NCBI RefSeq assembly: GCF_009914755.1 | Contig: NC_060930.1 | Reading direction: 5' to 3' (one strand) | Source of the DNA: the human T2T-CHM13v2.0 reference genome, Homo sapiens | Length of the DNA: 64,000 bases | In this document: piece after piece, positions 15,729 through 32,254 of the stretch | Layout of the letters: each line of letters starts with the position of its first letter | Position numbering within the stretch: the first letter of the stretch is position 1 | Made by a program: the position numbers and the translations under genes | The notes under the pieces: model-generated | Told to the model about the DNA's origin: nothing | Database searches by the model: none | Seen by the model: the letters and a program-made list of their open reading frames with translations, nothing else

Positions 15729-15818
15729 ATTAGCTCTTCAGTCTACTCCTATCCCAGTCATACCTCTGAAATTGTCAAACTCACCAATCGGCTGCAGGGT
15801 GTTTCCTCTGTCATCTTT

Positions 15819-16122
15819 TTTTCTTTCTTCTTTTCTTTTCTTTCTTTTTCTTTTCTTTTTTTTTTTTTTTTTTTTGAGACAGAGTCTTGCTCTGTCACCC
15901 AGGCCAGAGTGCAATGGTGTGATCTTGGCTCACTACAGCCTCCACTGCTGGGTTCAAGCAATTCTCCTGCCTCAGCCTCCCAAGTAGCTGGGATTACAGG
16001 CATGCACCACCATGCCTGGCTAATTTTTGTATTTTTAGTAGAGATGGGGTTTTGCCATGTTGGCCAGGCTGGTCTCCAACTCCTGACCTCAGGTGATCTG
16101 CTCACCTTGGCCTCCTAAAGTG
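15819..16122 (-). mobile_element. Alu (AluS-like, lacking ~30 nt at 5' end)
   Basis: Long T-rich tail. 12-bp TSD tctgtcatcttt at 15807-15818 and 16123-16134. Confidence 0.95.
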
Positions 16123-16144
16123 TCTGTCATCTTTCTTGATAGGT

Positions 16145-16651
16145 GAATTATTTATGGTGTGGGCTATGATGCTAAAATAGAGACCCCAAAATACAGTGAT
16201 TGTAGAGAGAATTTAATTTATTTCTTTCACAAGGGAGTCCAAATGGCAGTAGGCAATCCACAGCAGATGGATGGCTCTGCTTAAGAGCATTCAGGTTCCC
16301 AGGTTCCTTTCACCAATTTCTCTGATATTCCTTGGAGTACTGTCCTCATGCACATGATTGAAGCTGAGCCCCTTCCATGTCCACATTCCAGCCTATGGAA
16401 AACCAGGAAAAGAGAAAGGTGGCGTGCACACCCAATATTGTAAGGCCAAGTATAGCAGATTGCATAAGTTCCTTTTTCTCACACCCCACTGACTTGAGCT
16501 CAGCCTCATGGCCACACCTAGCTGCAAAAGAGACTGGGAAATGTAGTCTCCATGTAAGTGGCTTTGTGTCCAGCTACAGCTCAGTGGTTTCTATTACTAA
16601 AAGAAAAATGGAGAAAATGGGTACAGAGGACAAGCAGGAGTCTCTGCCACA
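16145..16651 (-). mobile_element. Old MLT1-family MaLR LTR
   Basis: 'ggccacacctagctgcaaaagagactgggaaatgtagtct' and terminal 'tctctgccaca' are typical of old MLT1 LTRs. Confidence 0.7.
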
Positions 16652-16659
16652 ACATCTTA

Positions 16660-17945
16660 GGAGCATTTGTTACAGAGGATCGTTCTCTCCTTCATGGAAT
16701 ACTTTTGTTCTTTTGGCTTCAGTGACACCACACTCTCCTGGTTTTCCTCTGGGCCCTCTGCCTACTCACTCAATCTCTTTTGCTGGGTGAACTTATTCTG
16801 TTTGACCTCTGCATGTTGGACTTCCTGAAGGCTTTGTCCTGTGCCATCTTTTATTCCTTCCATCTACATGCTTCTCTAGGTAATTTTATTCAATTATGTG
16901 ATTTTATATACCACATTGATAGAAATAACTTCTGAATTTATGTCTTTAGCCATGACCTTTCCCTGGAGCTCCAAATTCATATATCCAGTTGCCTACTTAA
17001 CATAGTTGATCATAACTCTTGGTTACTTTGGCCACCCATGTCCCTCTCCCAAGCCTGCTCCTGCTTCAGTTTTCTGCATTTCAAGAAACAGAGAAATAGC
17101 TTCAGCATCATTCCAGGTGCTCTGACAAAAACCTTAGGTATCATTCTTAGCTTAGTTCTTCTCTCACTTCCCGTCATCCACTTCGTTGACAAGTTTATAC
17201 CCTCGACCTCCAAAAAAACACATCCTGAGTTTAACTTCTTTCTGTCTTCCCCATTACCAGCCTGAGCCCAGCCAGCCTCACCATTTTACTGGATGACTCA
17301 TCTTCCTACTGCCACTTTCACTGCCAACAAGCCAACCTTACACAGCACCCTAAGTGATGAATTAAAAACATGAATCAGCTCATGTTGATCATTGAACCCT
17401 TTCCCATCTCACCTTGAATAAAACCCAAACTCTCTACCCTGGTCTACAAAGCCCTACAGGGACTGGCACCACCCACCTCTCCAGCCTCATCTCATGTCAC
17501 CTGTTTTCTCAATGACCCACTCCCATCACGGTGGCACATACCAAGTCTATTTCCATTTTAGGGAAGATATGAGGCAGAAAGACCTTAAATGGATGTTTTC
17601 TCTGCATGAAATGCTTGTGCCCCAGAACTTCCCCAGGAAGATCCTTCTCATCCTTTAGGTCACATTGCAAAGGTCAACTCCTTAGAGAAGTTGTCCCTGT
17701 CCACGCAGTCTGCAGTAGACTGCTCCTTTCAACCCATCACTCTTAGTCGCATCACCCTGTCTTATTCTCTCAATAACACTTAACACTACCTAGCATAATA
17801 TATTTGTTTATTCGCCATCCATCTCCCCTCACGGTGGATGTGAATTTCATGGGAGCAGGGCTTGTCTTGGGCCCCACTGCAAATCCCGGGCCAGGCACAC
17901 GTTGGGCCCTCAGTAAGGATCTGCTGAATGAATGTATGTCTGAAT
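16660..17945 (+). mobile_element. L2 LINE 3' portion
   Basis: L2-like body ending 'cagtaaggatctgctgaatgaatg'. Confidence 0.75.
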
Positions 17946-18336
17946 ACAGCTCCAATTCTGGAACCTCTTTAGCACCCCAGGAGTATTTTAAAGACCATGA
18001 ATGTGTGAATAAAAATTCTATATTTCCAACTTCTTTTAAAGACTTTTTCCAGACTGCTTTAGTACCATAAAATCTGCTTTTCTCTTCTGACATAAGGGCA
18101 AAAAATTAGATTCTCCTTTAGTAAATGCACTCAGGCATATTCAGGAGAGACCACAGCCTTTAGTGCTCAGGTTCTTAATCTGAGTCCATGGACCCCTAGA
18201 AGGTCCATGGGTGTGCTGAAATTATATACAGAAGATACATTCATTTTTCTAGGAGGTAGGTTCATAGGTTTGTTGAATACTCAGAGGAGGTCAGTGGCCA
18301 AAATGAAATCCATTTTATTGTGGAAAAAGTATTAGA

Positions 18337-22997
<4,661 letters not shown>

Positions 22998-23229
22998 TCA
23001 GTCACAAATAATGCAAATTTGTGCAGATTATGTAATTTATTTAGATTCTAGTTTTCTTATCTTTAAAAATAATCTGACTTACATGTATTCTGACTTACAT
23101 GTACCCACACTTAAAATATATTTAATCCCATCACGGGATGCTATGTGCTTTACCGTATCTCACAGGTAATGACAATGAGGCTCAGAATCTACTCAGGCTA
23201 CTTGCCAAATCACATTTGTTCCCATATAA

Positions 23230-23589
<360 letters not shown>

Positions 23590-26159
23590 TAAATAAGAGT
23601 TTGCAGTACCATCATTCTGCAGTCCAATTTCTCTGGGTGGAATAATGTCTTGGACCACTTCACAGCAAGTACCATAGAGAAAAGCAGCCAGCTGGTGATG
23701 TAGTTTCCCAGCCAGGTAAGCGCGCTTTTGAACCAGACCAGAGCCCTGTGAACCCAGGAGTACGGGCTTTATCATCCATTCTTGACAGAAGAGAAAATGA
23801 AAGCACAAAGAGATTAAGTAATTGACTCTAGGTCAGAAGGTTAGTAATTTTCAGGGCTGAAAGTTTATGCTTCACAATGTAATATTTTCTTAACTTTTCT
23901 ACTAAAATGACCTTGGGAATCTTTACTAAGATTCTTCACTAGAGGGCTGACTCTTATCGTCATAGTTTAGTATTTGGCTGTTCTTCAAAAAATTATTTTA
24001 AAGTACTTTGCAAAGCTTGAGTAATATTTTTTTTCTAAAAGGACAGGAAGATATGTAATGTGCCCATTGAACAAGGATTAATGACATTGTTAGGAAGGAA
24101 GGAAAAAGGATATCACTTCTACATCGATTTCAGCGTTTATGCATTAACACCAGACAATGACCTCTAAAATGAGAAGAGCACTAGCTTAACATTGTAAATT
24201 GACAAGGATCTTGGAAATGAGGAATTAAGGTTAGTCAGAGATTCAACTGTATAGATTCTACTCATGGCAGGGTAAGAGGCAACTGAGAATAACATGAAAG
24301 CCACCGGTAAGTATTTGACTTTTTTTTTTTCCTTTCCCTCTGCTTATACTAATGGTCCATTATACTTCAGGAAAAATAGAGACAGTACTGAGACTGTTTC
24401 CAAAAGAGGCTTTAGGTGGCTAATAGTGTCACACTGGCCAGTCTCAGGGACCAGTTGTGCAGTGCACTTTTGACTTGAAATACAGTTGTTGTTAAGCATA
24501 AGTTAAAAGCTGAGTTTTCAAAAGTTGTGTCATTGCATAGGAGTTTAAATATAAGCAATAGCTTATTGGCTACTAAGTGCAGTTTTTATAATCCTCCCAT
24601 CCAAATGTGCCTCTAGATCATACACTCTGGTCAGATATGCTTTTGAGACACTGTTCAGGCAAAGGCAAGCACTACCTTCCCAGATGGTTTTCAGTGCATT
24701 TCTGCCCCACAAACCAGAGCAACTCTCCAGTTTCTTTCTTTCTCTCTTTCTTTTCCAAGGTCAAAGCTCAGACAGCTTGGTTCTCCAAGAGACTGATGGC
24801 CCCAATCCCTGAAATGAACAGCAGTCCTAAAGAGCAGCAGCCTCTCTGCCAAGGGGAATGGCAACACCAGGCAAAGCCAATAGACTCATCTCTTTTATGA
24901 TTCCATGAGGCGTTCATGATCACAGGGAGTAGCTGCATTGCTAATTAGGGGTCACGGAGGTGGTGAGGGCCTCATTCATTCATTCACCCTTTCTTTCAGT
25001 GAATACATCTTCAACTGCAAACAATTCTTTTGATGATTATCTGAATGTTCTCGCAGCACGGAGGCCTACTTTCTAGGACCTCCACGTCTCATCCGCACTT
25101 GGCCGACCACGGAATCAATGAGATTTGACTCACCGAACATCAGACTCTTCCTATAAAAAACTCATCTTTTTATTCAACAAATATTTCTTGAGTGATCACT
25201 ACCTGTGAGCACTATTCTAGGTATTGGAGATAAAACAATAAACAAATGGGACAAAATCATAGCCTTCAAGATGCTTGTTTTCTAGGGGGGAGAAATATAC
25301 AACACATACAAAATACTAACATTTCAGATTATGGTACATTCCATGGAGAAAGCTAAAGAGGTCAAGAGAATAAGGAATGTGGATGCACACGTGCATTACA
25401 TAGAGAGTAGTCCCAGAAAACTCCTCTGATAAGGCAACATTGAGCAAAACTGGGAGGAAGTCAAAAGTCAAGCCATGCAGAGGTGTGGAAAAGAACTTTC
25501 TAGGCAGAGGGAAGTGTGAAAGCAAAGGTCCTAATAGAGGAGCAAGTTTTTGTCTTGTCTGATGAATGAGGATAGGTAAGGGTGAGCAGGAAAAGTGATA
25601 AGAGATGAGGTCAGAGAAACAATGGAGCCAGATTGAGTAAGACCTCAGAGGCTACTCTAGGATGCTGCCTTTTACTCTGAGTGCATTGGAAGCCACTGGC
25701 AAGTTTTGAGCAGCAATGGCTATTTTGGCTGCTCTGAGGAGAATGGAATATGGGGTGAAAGGCTGGGAGCAGGCAGACCAGTCAGGAGGAACAACAGAAA
25801 TTGCTGATTGCCACATAGTAGCCATCTGCCCTTTCTTTCTTTAGCAATAGAACCCTGATTCTTATTTGTGGCAGCAACGCACCCAGCTAAAGTCTAGATT
25901 TCCTAGATACTCTCTGTCCCCTGTCCCTTACAATTAGACAGAGTCATGTGATTAATTTCTGGCCAATGACCTATAAGAAGGTAGATTTATAGCACACTTT
26001 GGAGCACTGCTTAAAAAGAGCCTACTCAGTTGGGAGTTCTTTGCTCTTTTGCTTCCTTCTGCTGCCAACCTGGAACATAGACATAATAGCTGGAACTCTA
26101 GCAGCCATCTGCAACCATAAGGAGATCTTTTTGTTTTGTTTTGTTTTTCTCCCCTTCTG

Positions 26160-26606
26160 CATTCTTATCATTTATTTGTGGTAAGAACACTTAAAATCTA
26201 TTCTCTTAACACTTTTCAAGTATACGATACGATATGTTATTAACTATAGTCACTACGTTACAGAACTCTTGAATTTATTCCTGCTGCCTAGCTGAAATTT
26301 TGTATCCTTTGACCAACATCTCCTCAATCCCTACCCTTCCCTCCTTAAACCCTGTTAACTGTAATTCCTCTCTCTGCTTCAATGAGATGGCCTTTTTTAG
26401 ATTTCACATATAAGTGAGATCATGTAGTATTTGTCTTTCTGTGTCTGGCTTATTTCCTTTAACATAATATCCTCCAGATTAACCTGTGTTATTGCAAATG
26501 ACAAGATTTCCTTCTTGAGGCTGAATAGTATTATCCATTCATCTATTGATGGACACTTAGGTTGATTCCATATCTTGGCTATTGTGCACAATGCTGCAAT
26601 GAACAT
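26160..26606 (-). mobile_element. L1MA-type 3' end fragment
   Basis: 'gtggtaagaacacttaaaatct...ctgaaattttgtatcctttgaccaacatctcc...gctgcaatgaacat'. ORF-track peptide 'MFIAALCTIAKIWNQPKCPSIDEWI' is the L1 ORF2 C-terminus. Confidence 0.88.
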
Positions 26607-26629
26607 ATCAAAGAGGTATGAAGATTTCA

Positions 26630-27301
<672 letters not shown>

Positions 27302-29330
27302 CTATAGGATTTGCAGATGGTTTAGATACAAGAATGAATGAACTATTAATAGAAAAACTAAGACTTCTGGTTTGGGGCCCAAGTGACTTGAGAGTGTAAT
27401 GATTTACAGAGATGCAGAAGGCTATGGAGGGGGCAGGCTTGGGTGTGGGACTGGGGTTGGTGGGAACGGCAGTCTAGGGCACACGTGGCAGCATGGCCTT
27501 GATAGAAGCAGGAACACGATGAAACAGGGAGGGAGGCCAAGAGCACGGGGCACAGATTGGTAGGAAATGAGTGAGCTCTCATCCTACTGCTTCTATTTTC
27601 TCAACAAAGGCTGATCCAGGTCATCCCCTGAGACTGAAGGGAAGAAAGCAGAGGGTGGAGATGGGAGGTTTGAAGAGAAAGACACTATGGAATAGTCCTT
27701 TTAGTGAGTGGGATTGCTGGGCAGCCATGGGTGTGCATCTGTCTGAAATCTGTGCTCTCTAATTTAAAGAAAAGCCACTTACCAGCGCTGTGTGTTTTTC
27801 TGCAATCCAGTCCAGTTGCATGGTTGGGTTTAACTGAGCCTGGGTTTCACCAGACAAGCACTGTAGGATATAAGATGAGAGAAACAGGGGGAATGAAGGG
27901 GTGTTTGCAAGAAGGAGATCAGAATGATGGATCAGGAATCAAAACTGGATAAAGAAAGAAGTAAACACATGAGATGGATGAACACAGACTTGACAGTTCT
28001 TGAAAAGACCGAAAAACAGGGTGGGCTCCAAAGAAGCCAAACAGAAGGATAGAAGGTTGTGAAGGGGGAAAAGGAGATTTCGGAGATGCAATTAGTCATC
28101 AGTGAGGACAAGGTCAAATGAGTCACTGGAGAGAGAAGGAATTGAGAAGCTAAAGATATTGAATGGAGGTCAAGGTGCTGAATAAAGTATATTTCATTAT
28201 AAGACTAATAATAAAATTCGTTCACAACTTCCTCTAATTAGATTTGTTATCTGCTTTGAATAAAGATACCATTAATTAGTCTAAGTACTTTAAATTTAAT
28301 TTTTTTTTCTGAAGGGATATTTATGGGACTTCAAAGAACAAAGTTTTACCCAAACAACTAAGTTTTTGTTGGGTGAAAATATAAAGCATTTTTTTCCATG
28401 TGAAACTTCTTTGTATCTTGATATCTCTTCTTTTTCTTCTGTGAGTTTTTTTAGGCGGCGAGTCTATTAACACAATCTTTTAAAGATTGACCTGTTTATT
28501 CTCTCTGAAATAGTTCATGTCATAGCTTGTTTCTTCTAAGCTGGACTTTGCCCCCTTGTACTTTCCTTGCAACTTTTTCATCGTTTTTTAAAACAACATT
28601 TATTCTCATATTTACTTATTTTCTCAAATGTTTGTTTCCTTTCTTCCTGCTCCATCTCCCTGTTCCTCAGATTCCTTTCCTTAGGAGAAAAAATTGGGGT
28701 ATTTCCCACAGCATGCTGTGAGAAAAGTCTCTGAACTTCCTGGGGGTGGGACTTGTGAACACAGAGGGTCTTGCACACTATTTTATATCCAGCGAGTGTT
28801 CAGATTACAGGGCCAGGCCTCAGATACAGGTCCAGTTTGTGGAAGGCGGTCCCTGAAACATTATGAACACTGCTTTGCTCCTTCTGTCTCCTAGTCCCTC
28901 TTCTTAAGCTCAAACGTTATTAATTGGGAGTCTGTTCTGGGCTACTCATTGTACTGATTAAAGTAATTCACATTAATGGGCAATGACTGATCTACTCAAT
29001 TCTCTTAGGGGAAGTCACATTTCTAAAATGTGCATATTAATCCAAATAAAACCCTGATTCATGAGATAAATGTAAAGCAAATGATTAACACTCTATTCAG
29101 GGTTTTCTGTCACAGAACAAAATATTTTCTCTTCTCTTGGGGCCCCAAAACAGCCTTCTCATCCCTTAGAAAGTGGGCTAGGACAATGTAAAATTGGACA
29201 GTAGAGTTGTGTGTGTGTACGTGTGTCTCTGTGTGTGTGCAGCACCTGTCACCTCATCTACACATCTCTCTAGCTCATGATATATGTTTCAAATCATGAA
29301 CCAGAGACATTCATATATGAACATGGTTAA

Positions 29331-29500
<170 letters not shown>

Positions 29501-29811
29501 GGTTAAGACATATTCTTAACGAGTAAGTTCTTTGTCTAGGATAATATTTTGTAATTTTCCACAGAATATTCTTCAGATGCCTAACTTGATGAAGGTTTTC
29601 AGGAGCCTAGTCTTAGAATCATAGAGGTTCTTGGCTCCTGGTTCCTTCTTAAATCCAATTGTTCATTACTGGAATATACAAATGAGTAGGGAGCCAGAAA
29701 TGATAGGCACCAGAAACTGAGGTTTCCATTTCTCAATGTGGCCTGAACTAAATGAATTAAATCTCATCCTCCTATGGGACGTGAAGGAAAAGGGCTCTGG
29801 CTGGGAAGTAC

Positions 29812-29970
29812 TGCTGTGCAGTGGTTAGTATAGTGGGTCTGAGGGTCAAATAGATTTGAGTGCAACTCCCAACCCAACTCCTACTACTAGCTTTGGGACC
29901 TCGGGTGAGTCACACAGCCCTCAGGTGCTACAGCTTCTATAAATAGTGATATAGTATTCTTACTTAAAGT
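29812..29970 (+). mobile_element. MIR SINE fragment
   Basis: 'gcagtggttag...ctactagctttgggacctcgggtgagtcac' MIR core. Confidence 0.65.
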
Positions 29971-31054
29971 GTGGCTGATCAGAGCAGCCCTTCCGTGGAT
30001 CAACCACCCCATCAGAGGATCTATGTCTAGGATTGAGCCTTTTCTGCCCCAGGAGGTTCTTTCAGGTCCAGAGGCTTTCCCGTGGAGGGAAGAGAGGCAG
30101 CAATGAAATCAGCGTATAGGCGGACTGGGCTCTTTCCCCTTCATGTCTGCAGGGCAATGACCTCCTAGAGTCCGCTATGCACCCCCCACTTGCCTCTCTG
30201 GGCACTGCGAGGTGGAGCAGTTGTAGGACCAGGAAAAGCAAGAACAGAGCGTCCTCTTCGGCTACCCTACCCGGGAGTTCAGGCGCTGCGCCTGGCCCTC
30301 TGGGGCGTTTGACCATAACTCGCACCGCTTGCTCTTTTCCCATTTCAGCAAAGTCTTGAGCCTGTATTCTAGTACCTTTTATCAGCCTTGGGTAAGCAGC
30401 TCGCACGGGGTATATAAGGAGAATCAACTTTCTGAACTGAAAAAAATGTAAATAGTAAAGTCAGTCGTGCTTCTTCCTGCCGGTGACTGTTTACAAGAGG
30501 GAAGTCAGCGGGGCCCCCAAGAGGTCGCTGGTGGCGCAGGAACCGCATCCAGATTGTAAAGAACGGGGGAAGGAAAAAAAAAGAAAACACCCAGAAACTT
30601 TCTTCCTTGTTGCGAATAATCGCCGCCTCCCCCCCTCCGCCCCCAGCAGAAGCAGTAACGTGACACCCGAGCGAAATCCCGAGACCCGAGCGGAGAGGGA
30701 GGGGAGAGGGAGGAGAGTGCTGCGGAGCGCCGGAGGGAGAAAGGGGAGGAGAAGGAGGAAAACCCCTGTCAAGGAGGTGGAGCGAGGGGATGGTGTCCGC
30801 CTCCTGTTCCTCCCTGCCGTTTTTTAGAGAAGCCTGAACCGGGACAAAACACGCCGAGACCTACAGACACAAAGCCGGGGGGTCCACGCTGGCGCTGGAG
30901 GCGAGCCCCGGCGGCCGCAAGCGAGCCCGAGGCGCGGCGGGGCGCGGGGCGTGGGGACGCTAGCGGGCGCGGGACGGGCGCGGCGCCCCGTCACGGGCAG
31001 CGCCCCGAACCGGGGCCGGACACCTCGGCCGCTCGGGCCGCGGCGGCGGGGACC

Positions 31055-31075
31055 ATGCCGAAGAAAGTCTCCTGA
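31055..31075 (+). promoter_or_regulatory. uORF1 (MPKKVS*) in the probable UST 5' UTR
   Basis: gaccATGCCGAAGAAAGTCTCCTGA, with A at -3. It is part of the mRNA only if the TSS lies upstream of 31055. Confidence 0.6.
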
Positions 31076-31134
31076 GCCCGGCAACTTCGGCCCCTCCCCG
31101 CCCCCACCCGGCTGCCCTCCGCGCGGCCCTCCCC

Positions 31135-31230
31135 ATGTGCAGCCGGCCAGCCGGGCTCTCCTCCTCGCGGCGGATGGGTGACCTTTTCCTGGCACGGGCA
31201 GGCTGTGGGAGGCAGCGGAGCAGGCGATGA
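31135..31230 (+). promoter_or_regulatory. uORF2 (31 aa), stop codon overlapping the UST start codon (ATGA)
   Basis: Translated by hand: MCSRPAGLSSSRRMGDLFLARAGCGRQRSRR*. Second in-frame ATG at 31174. TGA at 31228-31230 overlaps the ATG at 31227-31229. Confidence 0.65.
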
Positions 31231-31473
31231 AGAAGAAGCAGCAGCATCCCGGCGGCGGCGCGGATCCCTGGCCCCATGGGGCCCCTATGGGGGGCGCCCC
31301 TCCGGGCCTGGGCAGCTGGAAGCGTCGGGTGCCCCTGCTGCCTTTCCTGCGCTTCTCCCTCCGGGACTACGGCTTCTGCATGGCCACCCTGCTGGTCTTC
31401 TGCCTGGGCTCCCTCCTCTATCAGCTCAGCGGGGGACCCCCTCGCTTCCTGCTCGACCTGCGGCAGTACTTGG
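31227..31473 (+). CDS. UST: Uronyl 2-O-sulfotransferase, first coding exon (82 codons + 1 nt; cytoplasmic tail and type II transmembrane anchor)
   Basis: Peptide MKKKQQHPGGGADPWPHGAPMGGAPPGLGSWKRRVPLLPFLRFSLRDYGFCMATLLVFCLGSLLYQLSGGPPRFLLDLRQYL recognised as the UST N-terminus. Hydrophobic segment FCMATLLVFCLGSLLYQL. Canonical donor TTGG|GTAAGG at 31473/31474. Lies within a CpG island. Confidence 0.95.
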
Positions 31474-32194
31474 GTAAGGAAGCTGGGCAGGCGCTAGGGC
31501 GGCGCCGACAGCGCAAAGTTGTGCGGCGGGGAGAGGGTCGCGGCGGGGACTTCTCGCGCTGCCACCGCGCGCCGCCGCCGCCCCGGGTCTCTCCAGGTGC
31601 TAAGCCCGTGAGCATCTGTGCCGCGGTCGGGAGCGCCTTCTTCCTCCCGCGCGTCCGACTGTCCTCACCGAGGCGGGGGCGCCGCTGGGTTGCGCTGCCG
31701 GCAGGTACCCCGGGGCGAGGCACCGCTCACCTTCCCCCCGCCCCACCTCCGCCACCCGGATCCGGACTGGGGCGGAGTGGATGGGTGTGTGGGGTGTGCC
31801 GGAGTGTGTGTATCTTCAGGCCTGGCGGCGCGGGGAGTGGCGAAGGGAAGGGAAGGTCCTCTTCGTTGCATTGTTAGTGACCGCAGTTCAGTCCCGTCCC
31901 GCGCCCCGGGGAGTGTGGGTGGGTTTAGCCCTTTGCCACCGTCCGCTCTGAGAATTCTGTCCCGCAGATCCCCCGCCTGCCCGCCGGCCCTAGTGGCTCC
32001 GCGCTGTCCCCGGGCTGGCTTGTCCCTTGGCTGCCGCTGCCCACCCCGCCGCCCGCAGCTAGCCTGGCGCGGGGAACGGGTTGCATCCAGGGGTTTGGGG
32101 ATGCCCGAGGGCGCTGGTCAGCCTGGCCAGCAGTGTCGCCCCCAGTAACCCGAGGATCCTCGGCGCTGTGTGCGTCTCAAGCTCAAGTCAAAAC

Positions 32195-32195
<1 letters not shown>

Positions 32196-32253
<58 letters not shown>
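32196..32253 (+). repeat. (TG)29 microsatellite
   Basis: Uninterrupted TG run. Confidence 0.98.

Positions 32254-32254
<1 letters not shown>

Noticed and set aside
31474-31877. The 216-aa ORF continues 134 codons past the exon 1 donor
   Set aside because: A strong GTAAGG donor lies at 31474. The extension is low-complexity Arg/Gly/Pro sequence, expected from stop-poor CpG-island DNA.
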